Positions 16,159-24,680 of a stretch of DNA of 64,000 nucleotides are shown here, in pieces. The notes under the pieces were generated by a model. It was not told the DNA's origin, did not search any database, and saw only the letters and a list, made by a program, of their open reading frames with translations. Source of the DNA: a virus. Location: positions 64,001 through 128,000 of IMG/VR virus record IMGVR_UViG_3300045988_169015. One strand, given 5' to 3'. Each line of letters begins with the position of its first letter. The stretch's first letter is position 1. Both the position numbers and the translations under genes were made by a program.

Positions 16159-16989
16159 TTATTCCATATTCGCAAAAGGATCGCTGAGGCTGATGTAGTT
16201 TTCCGCCATAGAAACCTTAAGTGCCTTATAGAAATAGTAGTCGGGTGACTGAATCTCGAGTCTGAGTTTTCTGAGGGCATTCTCTCTGGTGTAAACTTCA
16301 TCGAACCAGTGAAGAATAAATCTTCCGTCAAACATGATATAGTTTTTGAGAGTATAATAAGCGCCAGCCTTCTTGAAGCTGCGAATAAACGCATCAGCAA
16401 GCTCGTGGTTCTTGAAGTATCTGCCGCCCTTCATGCCTGTGCCTTCGGGGATATCAAACGCTCTCTTTGCAATTACCAGTTCAATAGCCTCTGCAATTAC
16501 AGCGAAGTCTGAGTATGACCAAGCGGTATTTATAAGGCTCTGAAGACTGGGCTGGAACTCCTTAGCGAAGTTCATAAATATATCGGCGATGCTATTCACA
16601 TCAAAGAAATGCTTGCGCTCTTCAAATGCAACGGGGTCGTTATCTTTGAGGTGAGCCAGCAGCTTAGCTTCCTTACAGGTATAGAGGATACTGTACTTAT
16701 AGGTATAGAAATTTGCGATTACCTGATTGATACTTGTGGTGACACTCTCCTGTCTCATAAGTCTAATGAACTGAGCGGAGATCCAACGTCTTGTTGTTCT
16801 GGGGTTATAGACTTCGCCGCAGATCGTCTTGCCAAAATACTTACCGTGCGCAGGAATTGAGTTATCATTGTCGGCAGGGATTGGAGTATTAGCCATATCG
16901 AGCATTGACTTTGCCACCAGTTTTGCGAACTCATTCATATCGAGGTTGCTGTTGTTAAGGTTAACGTTGTTCGTGTTGTTGTTAGTCAT
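16159..16989 (-). CDS. hypothetical protein (RT-module neighbour)
   Basis: 276-aa ORF with the SD AAAGGAG and an Asn-rich N-terminus. Confidence 0.7.
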   Translation of the reverse strand: MTNNNTNNVNLNNSNLDMNEFAKLVAKSMLDMANTPIPADNDNSIPAHGKYFGKTICGEVYNPRTTRRWISAQFIRLMRQESVTTSINQVIANFYTYKYSILYTCKEAKLLAHLKDNDPVAFEERKHFFDVNSIADIFMNFAKEFQPSLQSLINTAWSYSDFAVIAEAIELVIAKRAFDIPEGTGMKGGRYFKNHELADAFIRSFKKAGAYYTLKNYIMFDGRFILHWFDEVYTRENALRKLRLEIQSPDYYFYKALKVSMAENYISLSDPFANME

Positions 16990-17032
16990 AATAAATTTCT
17001 CCTTTTAATATGTATGGTTTATGGTTTTCGGG

Positions 17033-17476
17033 TTACTGGATATAGCTGCGATAGATTATGAAACTATCGGTCAGTTTACGGAACCAGCCGGGCGTTTCCC
17101 ATTTAAGGGTACCGTTAAGACTTCCGATTATAATAGCGGCACAAAGCTTTGCGTGCATTACATCTCGGTTATCGTTACGGTAAAAGTCGGTCATGCTCAG
17201 CTCATCGGCAGACAGAGGTTTAAACAGGTAAGTCTTGCGGCTGTTCTCACTGCTCGGTGACGAATGAATAAAGTTCTCGTAAAGAGTTACCAGATCGTCA
17301 TAGCCGGACACAGGAGACCCCAACGAGTCGATAACTTCGCCGCCTATCATATCAGCTACAAGCTTGCCGTTTTCCATTACGACACGCTTATCTATTCTGA
17401 TATTCTTTTTGACCAGATCGAACCTGAGCTTATGCCCCGATTCTGATTTTGCAATTAACGCATCATACAGCGTCAT
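17033..17476 (-). CDS. hypothetical protein (RT-module neighbour)
   Basis: The ORF track gives 17033..17485. The ATG at 17476 has GGAG 9 nt upstream. It overlaps the end of the RT gene by 14 nt. Confidence 0.65.
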   Translation of the reverse strand: MTLYDALIAKSESGHKLRFDLVKKNIRIDKRVVMENGKLVADMIGGEVIDSLGSPVSGYDDLVTLYENFIHSSPSSENSRKTYLFKPLSADELSMTDFYRNDNRDVMHAKLCAAIIIGSLNGTLKWETPGWFRKLTDSFIIYRSYIQ

Positions 17477-18842
17477 GTATAACACCTCCTTTTATTTTGT
17501 TTATCTCGCTCAGCCAGAGTTCGTGGTCGGTATGATAGACTTTGTACATATGATTAAGGCTGTACCAACCGGCAGCCCTTACCATATCTATTCCGTCTGC
17601 CACAGTCCTTTTCCTGTTGGCTTTAACGTTTATTCCTTTCTGGAACTGGATCGTGTAATTGGGGTTATTATCTGTAGAACCGAGACCCCAAACCTTATTG
17701 CGACCTGTTATCACTGCTCTTAAACAATCTTTACAATACCTGTCTATCATGTCGATATCATGTTTGCAGTTAACGGTTCCGAACAGATACTGACACATGC
17801 CGAACTGGTTGCTGTTCTCTTCATATGCAAGGAACAGATACCTCTGGAGCCGCCTGCATATCCGCTTGGTCTCCGCTTCGGTAGCCGGTCTTTTGTGTTC
17901 TCTGCTCCACTGTATCGTTTCAGATTTTATATGCTGCTCGATACCTCTGAGAGTTTTTGCAGACACAGTTATCAAGTCGCCACGTATCTTAAAGCCCAGA
18001 AACTCGAACCAGTCTTTATCTGCCTGTAACGCTTTGACCTTTTTGGGATTAAGAGTTACACCCTTTGGTTCGAGCATCTGCTTTATAACTTCGAGGGCGT
18101 GGTCAGCTTCCCTGCCGAGGATTATGATATCGTCAGAATAGCGATAATAGATAACATCCATATTACTTATGGTCTCATCTATATCTCTCAAGCACAGGTC
18201 AGCCAGCAGACAGGCGATAGGATTGCCCTGACTTAGTGATTTATATCTGTATTCGGGTTTTCCGTTTATGATTATAGTATCGTCGTGATAATGTTTAATT
18301 ACTATGTTATCGATACAATCCTTATCGGGAGTTATGATATCGAGTGTTCTGTCAAGCGTTTCACGATTTACGGTATCAAAGAACTTGCTCAGGTCAAGCT
18401 TGTATCCTTTGTACCATTTCTTACGGTTCATCTCACTGACAAGAGCCTTTACGGTCTTGCCGGCTGACAGTCCCCTGCGGTAAGAAACGCAGTTAGGATG
18501 TATCAGGTGGTGAAAATCGTCGTAATACATCTTATAGAATGTATTGCACAGAACTCGGTCAAACGTTTCGAGAACTGCAAGCTTGCGGACTTCTTCAAAG
18601 TTTCGCTTCTCTGCTTCGGCGAATGTCAACCAGTTGTCTGTAAGCTTGTCAATGTACATCTCTACAGGGGCTTTGAACTCGATTTTGCAATTAGCGATAA
18701 GGTCGCCTGCAAGAGCCCACGCTGCATCTTGCGAAAACGTGGACAGCACGCACATATCGAGTCCCTTGCGGTCGATGTGCAAAAGCGCTCTTTCATGCAG
18801 CTCTCGGTCGTTCACAAACCGTTCAAGTTTATTCGGTTTCAT
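17463..18842 (-). CDS. reverse transcriptase, group-II-intron-like (RT plus maturase/thumb-like C-terminus), free-standing
   Basis: Motifs seen in order: DRVLCNTFY, SYRRGLSAGK, KLDLSKFFDTV, LSQGNPIACLLADLCL, YYRYSDDIIILG, GVTLNPKKVK and FEFLGFKI. A thumb-like LQRYLF...IDRYCKDCLRAV and AAGWYSLNHMY follow. Confidence 0.85.
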   Translation of the reverse strand: MKPNKLERFVNDRELHERALLHIDRKGLDMCVLSTFSQDAAWALAGDLIANCKIEFKAPVEMYIDKLTDNWLTFAEAEKRNFEEVRKLAVLETFDRVLCNTFYKMYYDDFHHLIHPNCVSYRRGLSAGKTVKALVSEMNRKKWYKGYKLDLSKFFDTVNRETLDRTLDIITPDKDCIDNIVIKHYHDDTIIINGKPEYRYKSLSQGNPIACLLADLCLRDIDETISNMDVIYYRYSDDIIILGREADHALEVIKQMLEPKGVTLNPKKVKALQADKDWFEFLGFKIRGDLITVSAKTLRGIEQHIKSETIQWSREHKRPATEAETKRICRRLQRYLFLAYEENSNQFGMCQYLFGTVNCKHDIDMIDRYCKDCLRAVITGRNKVWGLGSTDNNPNYTIQFQKGINVKANRKRTVADGIDMVRAAGWYSLNHMYKVYHTDHELWLSEINKIKGGVIHDAV

Positions 18843-18958
18843 TTATCTCTTCTCCTTTCCGATTATTCTTATTACAGTTATCAGTTCATCGTCATACAGA
18901 TAACATTCGCAGTCATCTCCATGACGGCATGATGTTGTCCCCTTGTCATCATATACAG

Positions 18959-19126
18959 TTATTCTTCTTCCACCTCCCAAGTATCTGTTTCTGCATCGTC
19001 AAGATAGAGATTACAGTTATTATAAAATGATTTCTCTGCCGCTTTCACCGCTGCATCTTTATTTTCAGCTTCGATGTGAAGCGTTGTATATCCAGTTACT
19101 AAAAGTGTTACACTGTACTTCTTCAT
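18959..19126 (-). CDS. small hypothetical protein (hand-found, 55 aa)
   Basis: The ATG at 19126 is preceded by GGAGG. The product is MKKYSVTLLVTGYTTLHIEAENKDAAVKAAEKSFYNN... Confidence 0.5.
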   Translation of the reverse strand: MKKYSVTLLVTGYTTLHIEAENKDAAVKAAEKSFYNNCNLYLDDAETDTWEVEEE

Positions 19127-19371
19127 TTATAAGCCTCCTCTACTGTATATGTAACGATGTTACCGTCGGTCAGACTTATTGTTTTCAGATTCTCCCTTTC
19201 GTCGCACGTTTCATCTACGTGTATGTGAAGGTTGTCATATTCCAATAAGTCAAGGCAGTATGCCCTCTGCAGTTCTTCAACTGCGGTATCATAATCATCG
19301 CAGAGCTGAACAAGAAGTATGCCGTCATAAGCACTGCGAATAATTACAGCATAACCTATCTGATTCATCAC
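19123..19371 (-). CDS. hypothetical protein
   Basis: 82-aa ORF with the SD AAGGAG upstream. Confidence 0.6.
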   Translation of the reverse strand: MMNQIGYAVIIRSAYDGILLVQLCDDYDTAVEELQRAYCLDLLEYDNLHIHVDETCDERENLKTISLTDGNIVTYTVEEAYK

Positions 19372-19374
19372 CTA

Positions 19375-19548
19375 TCACTTCTCCTTTATAGATATGATTA
19401 CATTTTTCCTAACCTTGAAATTATCGAAAACGAATAACATCTTTGTTTCCTTTTCAAATTTTCCGGTTAGAATAACGTCGCACGTCACCAGCGGTTTCGT
19501 ATGGACTTTTATTCTTTTGGTTATTTCATATGACTGACCTATGTTCAT
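19375..19548 (-). CDS. small hypothetical protein (hand-found, 57 aa)
   Basis: The ATG at 19548 is preceded by TAACTGCAAAAGGAGAACGAGA (box plus SD). Confidence 0.5.
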   Translation of the reverse strand: MNIGQSYEITKRIKVHTKPLVTCDVILTGKFEKETKMLFVFDNFKVRKNVIISIKEK

Positions 19549-19561
19549 TCTCGTTCTCCTT

Positions 19562-19570
19562 TTGCAGTTA
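19562..19570 (-). promoter_or_regulatory. TAAYTGCAA box
   Basis: The minus strand reads TAACTGCAAAAGGAG. The TAA is the stop codon of the upstream gene, and the box abuts the SD of the next gene. Confidence 0.45.
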
Positions 19571-20143
19571 CGGTCTTAATGACCACTTGACTGTTTTGAT
19601 AAATGTTTCCTCAAAATAGTTATCGAGGCCGAAGCGATAGTTATTATAGACTTCTTTCATATCGCTCTTACTGAACCCGGTTTCGTCAAGGATATCTTCT
19701 ATACCGTCGCTGCCGTAAAAACCGCCACAGCTGTATAATGGCCCATCGAATTCATACAAGGTGTACCCGTACACCTCGCCGCTCGCATACTGATTGAGTG
19801 CCTCTATTTCGCCCTGCAAAACTGTTTTCGCAGTTGCAATTGTAGAATCGTCAACCTTTCCGTATTCTTTTTCGATCTCATCATAGGTGACATAGATAAG
19901 ACCGCATATTCCGCTGTCCCATCTGTCGCCAAAATCCGAAAGTGAAAATGTTACTCCGCTATGTACGTAAGCATACACAGGATACTGAACTCTTTTGATA
20001 CCGGAAAGTGCAGTTGTCAGCTCCTGAAATGATTTGTAGTTATGCTTGTCTCCGTAAGCTCTTGTATCTCTTCCAAAGAGAATCAGATGTCCGAGACTGT
20101 CCCATTCTCTCGGTGATTCGCAGTCGTAATCTTTATAAATCAC
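19568..20143 (-). CDS. hypothetical protein
   Basis: 191-aa ORF with a GTG start, coupled to an 18-codon upstream mini-ORF. Confidence 0.65.
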   Translation of the reverse strand: MIYKDYDCESPREWDSLGHLILFGRDTRAYGDKHNYKSFQELTTALSGIKRVQYPVYAYVHSGVTFSLSDFGDRWDSGICGLIYVTYDEIEKEYGKVDDSTIATAKTVLQGEIEALNQYASGEVYGYTLYEFDGPLYSCGGFYGSDGIEDILDETGFSKSDMKEVYNNYRFGLDNYFEETFIKTVKWSLRP

Positions 20144-20211
20144 AAGAGTGTTTTACCTTTTGTACCTACCATAACAATTTCATTATTGCATACCATATTG
20201 AATGCCTCCTA

Positions 20212-20913
20212 TTACCACCAAGGACAAAATACTGTCTTGCCATTTTCCCATTTTTCCAAAAACTCTTCACTTAAACCACCTGTCTTACATAAGGTCTCTA
20301 TTACCCTCTCGTCTCCACAATAAGAACAATTTTCCGGAAGTGCATCCCAACCCGCATCTGTCAATCCCTTACGCTGATAACAAATCTCTTCAAGATTTAC
20401 AACATAAACCACCTCATACTGCTCCACTATGTATTTACCGTTATATTTTCGTCCGCCACTTTCTGTGAAACTATTTTCGAAAATTACCTCTGCTTTGTAT
20501 GTAGCAGTTTCAACATCCTCTTCCTTTAATTCCACATTACATTTTATTGCAAAGCCATCATCTTGCTGTACAACAGTTGAATTGCCTGTTTTCACTTTAT
20601 AGTCTTTCTTAATGGTTATGTATAGCATATTAACTGTTTGATTATCACAATATTTTACACCACCATATTTAGATGTTATAACCATATCGCTTGTAAGACC
20701 CATAACATCTATAAGTATCTGCTTGATCTCTATATACCATTTCTTTATTTCACCTTTTACTAAATACTCTTTATATGGAAATGCAATATATTCCTCTTCG
20801 TTAAATAAGACCAGTCCATCTTCTTCTCGGGTATAAATCTCATCTTCCGTTAAACTAAAACCCTCTGCTATATCAGGTTTACTTACTTCATATAAATACA
20901 TATCAAGTCCCAT
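20212..20913 (-). CDS. hypothetical protein
   Basis: 233-aa ORF with the SD AAAGGAG. Confidence 0.7.
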   Translation of the reverse strand: MGLDMYLYEVSKPDIAEGFSLTEDEIYTREEDGLVLFNEEEYIAFPYKEYLVKGEIKKWYIEIKQILIDVMGLTSDMVITSKYGGVKYCDNQTVNMLYITIKKDYKVKTGNSTVVQQDDGFAIKCNVELKEEDVETATYKAEVIFENSFTESGGRKYNGKYIVEQYEVVYVVNLEEICYQRKGLTDAGWDALPENCSYCGDERVIETLCKTGGLSEEFLEKWENGKTVFCPWW

Positions 20914-20933
20914 AGGTATTTTCTCCTTTCAAA

Positions 20934-21293
20934 TTATACAATAGCCCATGTCACACCGTGATAAACATCATTAAGGGTACAGATGGGTACGTAAAGTATT
21001 TCTGCATTATCCCAAGATTTAAGTTCATTTTCTTCGATAACTCTAATTTTTAAACGCAAGTCAAAATAATCGGCTACGTCTCCAACATCATCAGCTTTAC
21101 CCCACCATATCGCTTTGCGAAGTTGATAAGCAGCTGAAAGATATTTTACAATTCCATCACGAAACAATGGATAATTGTCATTGATATTAAATTCACCATC
21201 GTTATTTGTTATCTGTTCTATCAGATACTGTCCGAGACCGTTAAGCTCTCTACCAAAATCATTATCGTGCAGAGTTATTTCAAGATACTTCAT
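20934..21293 (-). CDS. hypothetical protein
   Basis: The ORF track gives 20934..21374. GGAGG precedes the ATG at 21293. Confidence 0.6.
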   Translation of the reverse strand: MKYLEITLHDNDFGRELNGLGQYLIEQITNNDGEFNINDNYPLFRDGIVKYLSAAYQLRKAIWWGKADDVGDVADYFDLRLKIRVIEENELKSWDNAEILYVPICTLNDVYHGVTWAIV

Positions 21294-21307
21294 TTGCAGT
21301 CCTCCTT

Positions 21308-21709
21308 TTATGCAGTTCTTATCAGTCCGCCGAACATCGGTGTCACTCCAATGCTTCCCATATCGGAACACCATTCGTCGTCGAGGTTTATAACCATTGC
21401 AATAGGGTAGCCTGCTTTGATATCCTTGTTATCCATTTCCCATTCCTCTTCATACTGACTTACAAACAGCATAGAAAAGCAGCGCCCGAAATGTGTCGGG
21501 GTATAAATGGCGTGATATACAAGTGCATTGTGCTCGGCTTCAAATTTTTCGATTATCTTCTGTTCATCTTCATTTGCCCAGTAGAGAGCACCCATCTGCT
21601 TGCTGACGTTTACTCTCCCCTGCTTTAAGTCTGCGATTGTGTTTTTATGAAGCTTCAGTGCTTTCATTCTTTCGATTGCTTCTGTGAGCTGCTGTTCTTT
21701 TGTTACCAT
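21308..21709 (-). CDS. hypothetical protein
   Basis: The ORF track gives 21308..21736. GGAGG precedes the ATG at 21709. Confidence 0.6.
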   Translation of the reverse strand: MVTKEQQLTEAIERMKALKLHKNTIADLKQGRVNVSKQMGALYWANEDEQKIIEKFEAEHNALVYHAIYTPTHFGRCFSMLFVSQYEEEWEMDNKDIKAGYPIAMVINLDDEWCSDMGSIGVTPMFGGLIRTA

Positions 21710-21780
21710 AATAATTTCCTCCTTACTCGGTTTCAATAAGATTTACAATGAGCATAATAATCGCAATTACAAAACTCAAA

Positions 21781-21990
21781 TTACCACTCCCTTGATAGTA
21801 CATCTCCATGAGGCATTCTTTTCCTCCTCCTGCAGATATCTTCGGCTATCTCCCGCATAAGCTCATAACTGTAATTCTCGGGACAGCTTTTTATATATTT
21901 GACAGACGACTTACAGATAGAACATCTGCCTTTTGTGTTATAAGCACACTCAGTGCAGATGCCGTTATCAAACCCTGTTTTCGTAGGCAT
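21781..21990 (-). CDS. small Cys-rich (zinc-ribbon-like) protein
   Basis: The ORF track gives 21781..22104. The ATG at 21990 is preceded by AAAGGAG. CTEC...CSIC motifs are present. Confidence 0.55.
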   Translation of the reverse strand: MPTKTGFDNGICTECAYNTKGRCSICKSSVKYIKSCPENYSYELMREIAEDICRRRKRMPHGDVLSREW

Positions 21991-21997
21991 CACTCCT

Positions 21998-23380
21998 TTA
22001 TTTTTTGTAGTAATCAAGTTCATCATTGACGACGAACACGTACTCAGCTTCAGTTTCATCATACCTACAGATGGTATTGTTCTTAGTAAAGGCAACTGCG
22101 TCAATTGGAGTTACGATAATATTGAACTTATCATAATCTTCATCTTCATTGGAACTATAGTCAATAAGCTTGTAGATCTTATTATCTTTACCGATATAGA
22201 AATCGTCAGTACCGTCTGTTTCAATCATTGAACCGTCTGCAAGCATAAGATATTCAGAGTTGTAGAGCAGAGTTGCCTTTATCATATTGTCCCAGAGCGA
22301 CTCATCTTCTTCATAATCAGTTTCATCATCTGGGAAAGAATTGATAACAGTTTTACCGGTCTTGTCCTTGCCGTAGTATCTGCCGTAATCGAAGTCGTCA
22401 TATCCGTCATCGCCGTCCCAGCCGTAGTATCTTTTACTGGCATAACCTCGGTAGCTGTATATAGCTTCAATGTATTCGTACTTTGCAGTTTTACCCTCGG
22501 CTACATCCTTGATAATTGTATTTACTCTTTCGATAACGTTATAAAGCTCATCAAGAACGATATACTCGCTTGTGGTATGAGCATTGTAATATCCGCTGCT
22601 GAAGTTTACAGCTGCAACACCGAGAGCGGGAGCTACATATGAGATGTCAGAGCAGGAACCATATGCAGTCTTAAAGCCGTATGTGTCAATGAACTTCTCA
22701 AATTCGGGATTATCGCAGTCATAGTACACGCTGTCGTTTGAGCCTTTGCGATCCACTTCAATTATGAAGTTGATGTTTATGTCTTCGAGATTGATAATGC
22801 TATTACGGATATCGTCTGCGAAGTAATCAGCTCCCACACAGCCTATCTCTTCGTCTTCGGTAAAGAGAATGTAAGGCTTAATGCCATCTCTGATACTCAT
22901 AAGTGCAGTATAGATACCGCATCTGTCATCGCCGCCGATACCCTGCGGAGACCAGACGCAGCCCTTATCGGACATATAAATGTCTCGAACGGGTTCCTTA
23001 TGAACAGTATCCATATGAGCACACATCATTACGGGAACATTGCCTTTTGCGAATAAGTATCCGTCCGCATAGACAACATCATAACCGAAGCCGACGAGTA
23101 TCGAGTAAAGAAAATCTTTGAGAGCATACTGCTCAAGTCGGATTATCTTTTCAAACAGAGATGAAAGAGGTCTGAAATCTCTTGTGCTGCCGATGATAGA
23201 ATTATATTTTTCGATCATCTTATTTACGTTGTCGAGATCGGGTGTTTTGGGATTGAGGTTTCTTACGTGTTTTTCCGGTTCGTATTTCTTTACCTTGGGT
23301 GATAAAGTATTAAATGCGGAAATATTTGCGGTTGCGGGAGTGGTAGTAGTAGTTGTAGTAGTTGTTGTAGGCATAGCCAT
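21998..23380 (-). CDS. M20/M28-type metallopeptidase-like protein with an N-terminal poly-Thr tract
   Basis: Motifs CAHMDTVH, GGDDRCG and TEDEEIG. The N-terminus is MAMPTTTTTTTTTTPA. Confidence 0.65.
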   Translation of the reverse strand: MAMPTTTTTTTTTTPATANISAFNTLSPKVKKYEPEKHVRNLNPKTPDLDNVNKMIEKYNSIIGSTRDFRPLSSLFEKIIRLEQYALKDFLYSILVGFGYDVVYADGYLFAKGNVPVMMCAHMDTVHKEPVRDIYMSDKGCVWSPQGIGGDDRCGIYTALMSIRDGIKPYILFTEDEEIGCVGADYFADDIRNSIINLEDININFIIEVDRKGSNDSVYYDCDNPEFEKFIDTYGFKTAYGSCSDISYVAPALGVAAVNFSSGYYNAHTTSEYIVLDELYNVIERVNTIIKDVAEGKTAKYEYIEAIYSYRGYASKRYYGWDGDDGYDDFDYGRYYGKDKTGKTVINSFPDDETDYEEDESLWDNMIKATLLYNSEYLMLADGSMIETDGTDDFYIGKDNKIYKLIDYSSNEDEDYDKFNIIVTPIDAVAFTKNNTICRYDETEAEYVFVVNDELDYYKK

Positions 23381-23402
23381 TTTCCTCCATTAAATTATTT
23401 GA

Positions 23403-24680
23403 TTAGAAGCGGTCATAATCATCATAAGAATCGACATCGGGGGCATCGTCATCACAATTATCATTTGCAATTGACGAATCGCAGTTATCACAATAAAGTG
23501 AACTGCACATTATATCATTAACATCTGATGTTGAGCGGTACTTCTGTGCCCCGCATTCTATACAATATGTACTACCGCCGACTGATATTGTGTTGCTCTG
23601 CTTCGGCAAATCGGGATTATCATATTTAAGTACCGTATAAAACTTCCAGTCGGGGTACATAAACGTATCGGGGTTGCTTTTGATTATTGTGTGATTTGGC
23701 GTCCACGAGCCGGGGACACCTTCGCACTCCGAAAGAATTTTCTGGACACGGTTTCGATATATGAAATACGGATTGCTGTCGCTCTCACAATAGTCTATTG
23801 ACTTGGGGTATATTCTTTCGTGAACTATGTGGGGCGACTTATAGAATATCACTTGTCGGGTTATCTTCGGTATCTTCCACAATTCTCTTGATTCGAAGTT
23901 CTTATCATCAAGAGTGTAGAACAGAAGTGAAACCCTGTCAGTCAGATAGGACATACAACCTGCTTTGTGCTTTCCTTTATACTCAAAGCCATCGAAATTG
24001 CGGCTTGGAGTTAAACACATACAGTTGCTCCATGAGTTGCCATGGCTCATTGTAAGGTAATCCATAGGATTGACTGAGAGAACCGCAGTTCGCTTGAAGG
24101 CTCGGGGTGATATGCAGTCGCTTATCTTTGCGAAGATGCGGTTATACTCCGGGTGTTTTGTAAAACCGAAGTATTCATAGACTTTGTTCAGAATTCGTGT
24201 CGATTTTTGACCGCTCTTGAATTTAAATTCGGGAGCTATCAGATTTATTGTGGACACGATATCGCCATCAACAGTTTCCGAAAAACAATGCTGAGTTACA
24301 AATCGGAGAGCAGTGTCGTTATTGTTATTCATTGAAAAGAACATCCTGAACTCATCGGGGACGTTTCCACCGTGATTATCGAAGATGTGCTTTCTCAGTT
24401 TTGTAATTATGTTATATGAAACATCGCTGTTTTCAAAAATCAGTGCCCGCATCTCATCGCAGAAACTAAAGTAATTGCTGTCAAGTTCTCGCTTCTCGGT
24501 TATTGTAGTAACGATTGCGAGCTCGTCCTCTCGCCACATAGGGTGTTTGCGAAGTAACTCAAGAAGCGGAGTTTTATTTTTGCTCCACTCGTTTATGTTT
24601 TTGGCAACACCAAGCTCGGAGCAGGATATCCCGAGGCTTCTGAGATAATTGACTGCGGTTGTTGTTATGCTGTTTACCAT
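23403..24680 (-). CDS. hypothetical protein, paralog of 24680..26752, Cys-rich C-terminus
   Basis: Shares the blocks F.KHPEYNRIFAKISD, VLS.NP.D.L.MS.GNSW..C and GGSTYCIECGAQK with the upstream gene. Confidence 0.75.
   Translation of the reverse strand: MVNSITTTAVNYLRSLGISCSELGVAKNINEWSKNKTPLLELLRKHPMWREDELAIVTTITEKRELDSNYFSFCDEMRALIFENSDVSYNIITKLRKHIFDNHGGNVPDEFRMFFSMNNNNDTALRFVTQHCFSETVDGDIVSTINLIAPEFKFKSGQKSTRILNKVYEYFGFTKHPEYNRIFAKISDCISPRAFKRTAVLSVNPMDYLTMSHGNSWSNCMCLTPSRNFDGFEYKGKHKAGCMSYLTDRVSLLFYTLDDKNFESRELWKIPKITRQVIFYKSPHIVHERIYPKSIDYCESDSNPYFIYRNRVQKILSECEGVPGSWTPNHTIIKSNPDTFMYPDWKFYTVLKYDNPDLPKQSNTISVGGSTYCIECGAQKYRSTSDVNDIMCSSLYCDNCDSSIANDNCDDDAPDVDSYDDYDRF

Noticed and set aside
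14579-18842. Diversity-generating retroelement (TR/VR pair plus RT)
   Set aside because: The RT has LSQGNPIACLLADL rather than the DGR-type I/LGxxxSQ..AN motif. I found no pair of near-identical repeats differing at adenines, and no C-type-lectin target gene.
14579-18842. Classical retron (msr-msd-ret)
   Set aside because: The unit architecture is retron-like, but the favoured RNA strand is opposite to the RT gene. The RT lacks retron hallmarks (VTG region, ~320 aa size), and there are nine units instead of one. I keep this only as a loose analogy in the findings.
17000-19560. Mobile group II intron around the RT ORF
   Set aside because: Both flanks are occupied by SD-preceded ORFs. No GUGYG 5' end and no domain V-like helix are visible downstream of the RT stop.
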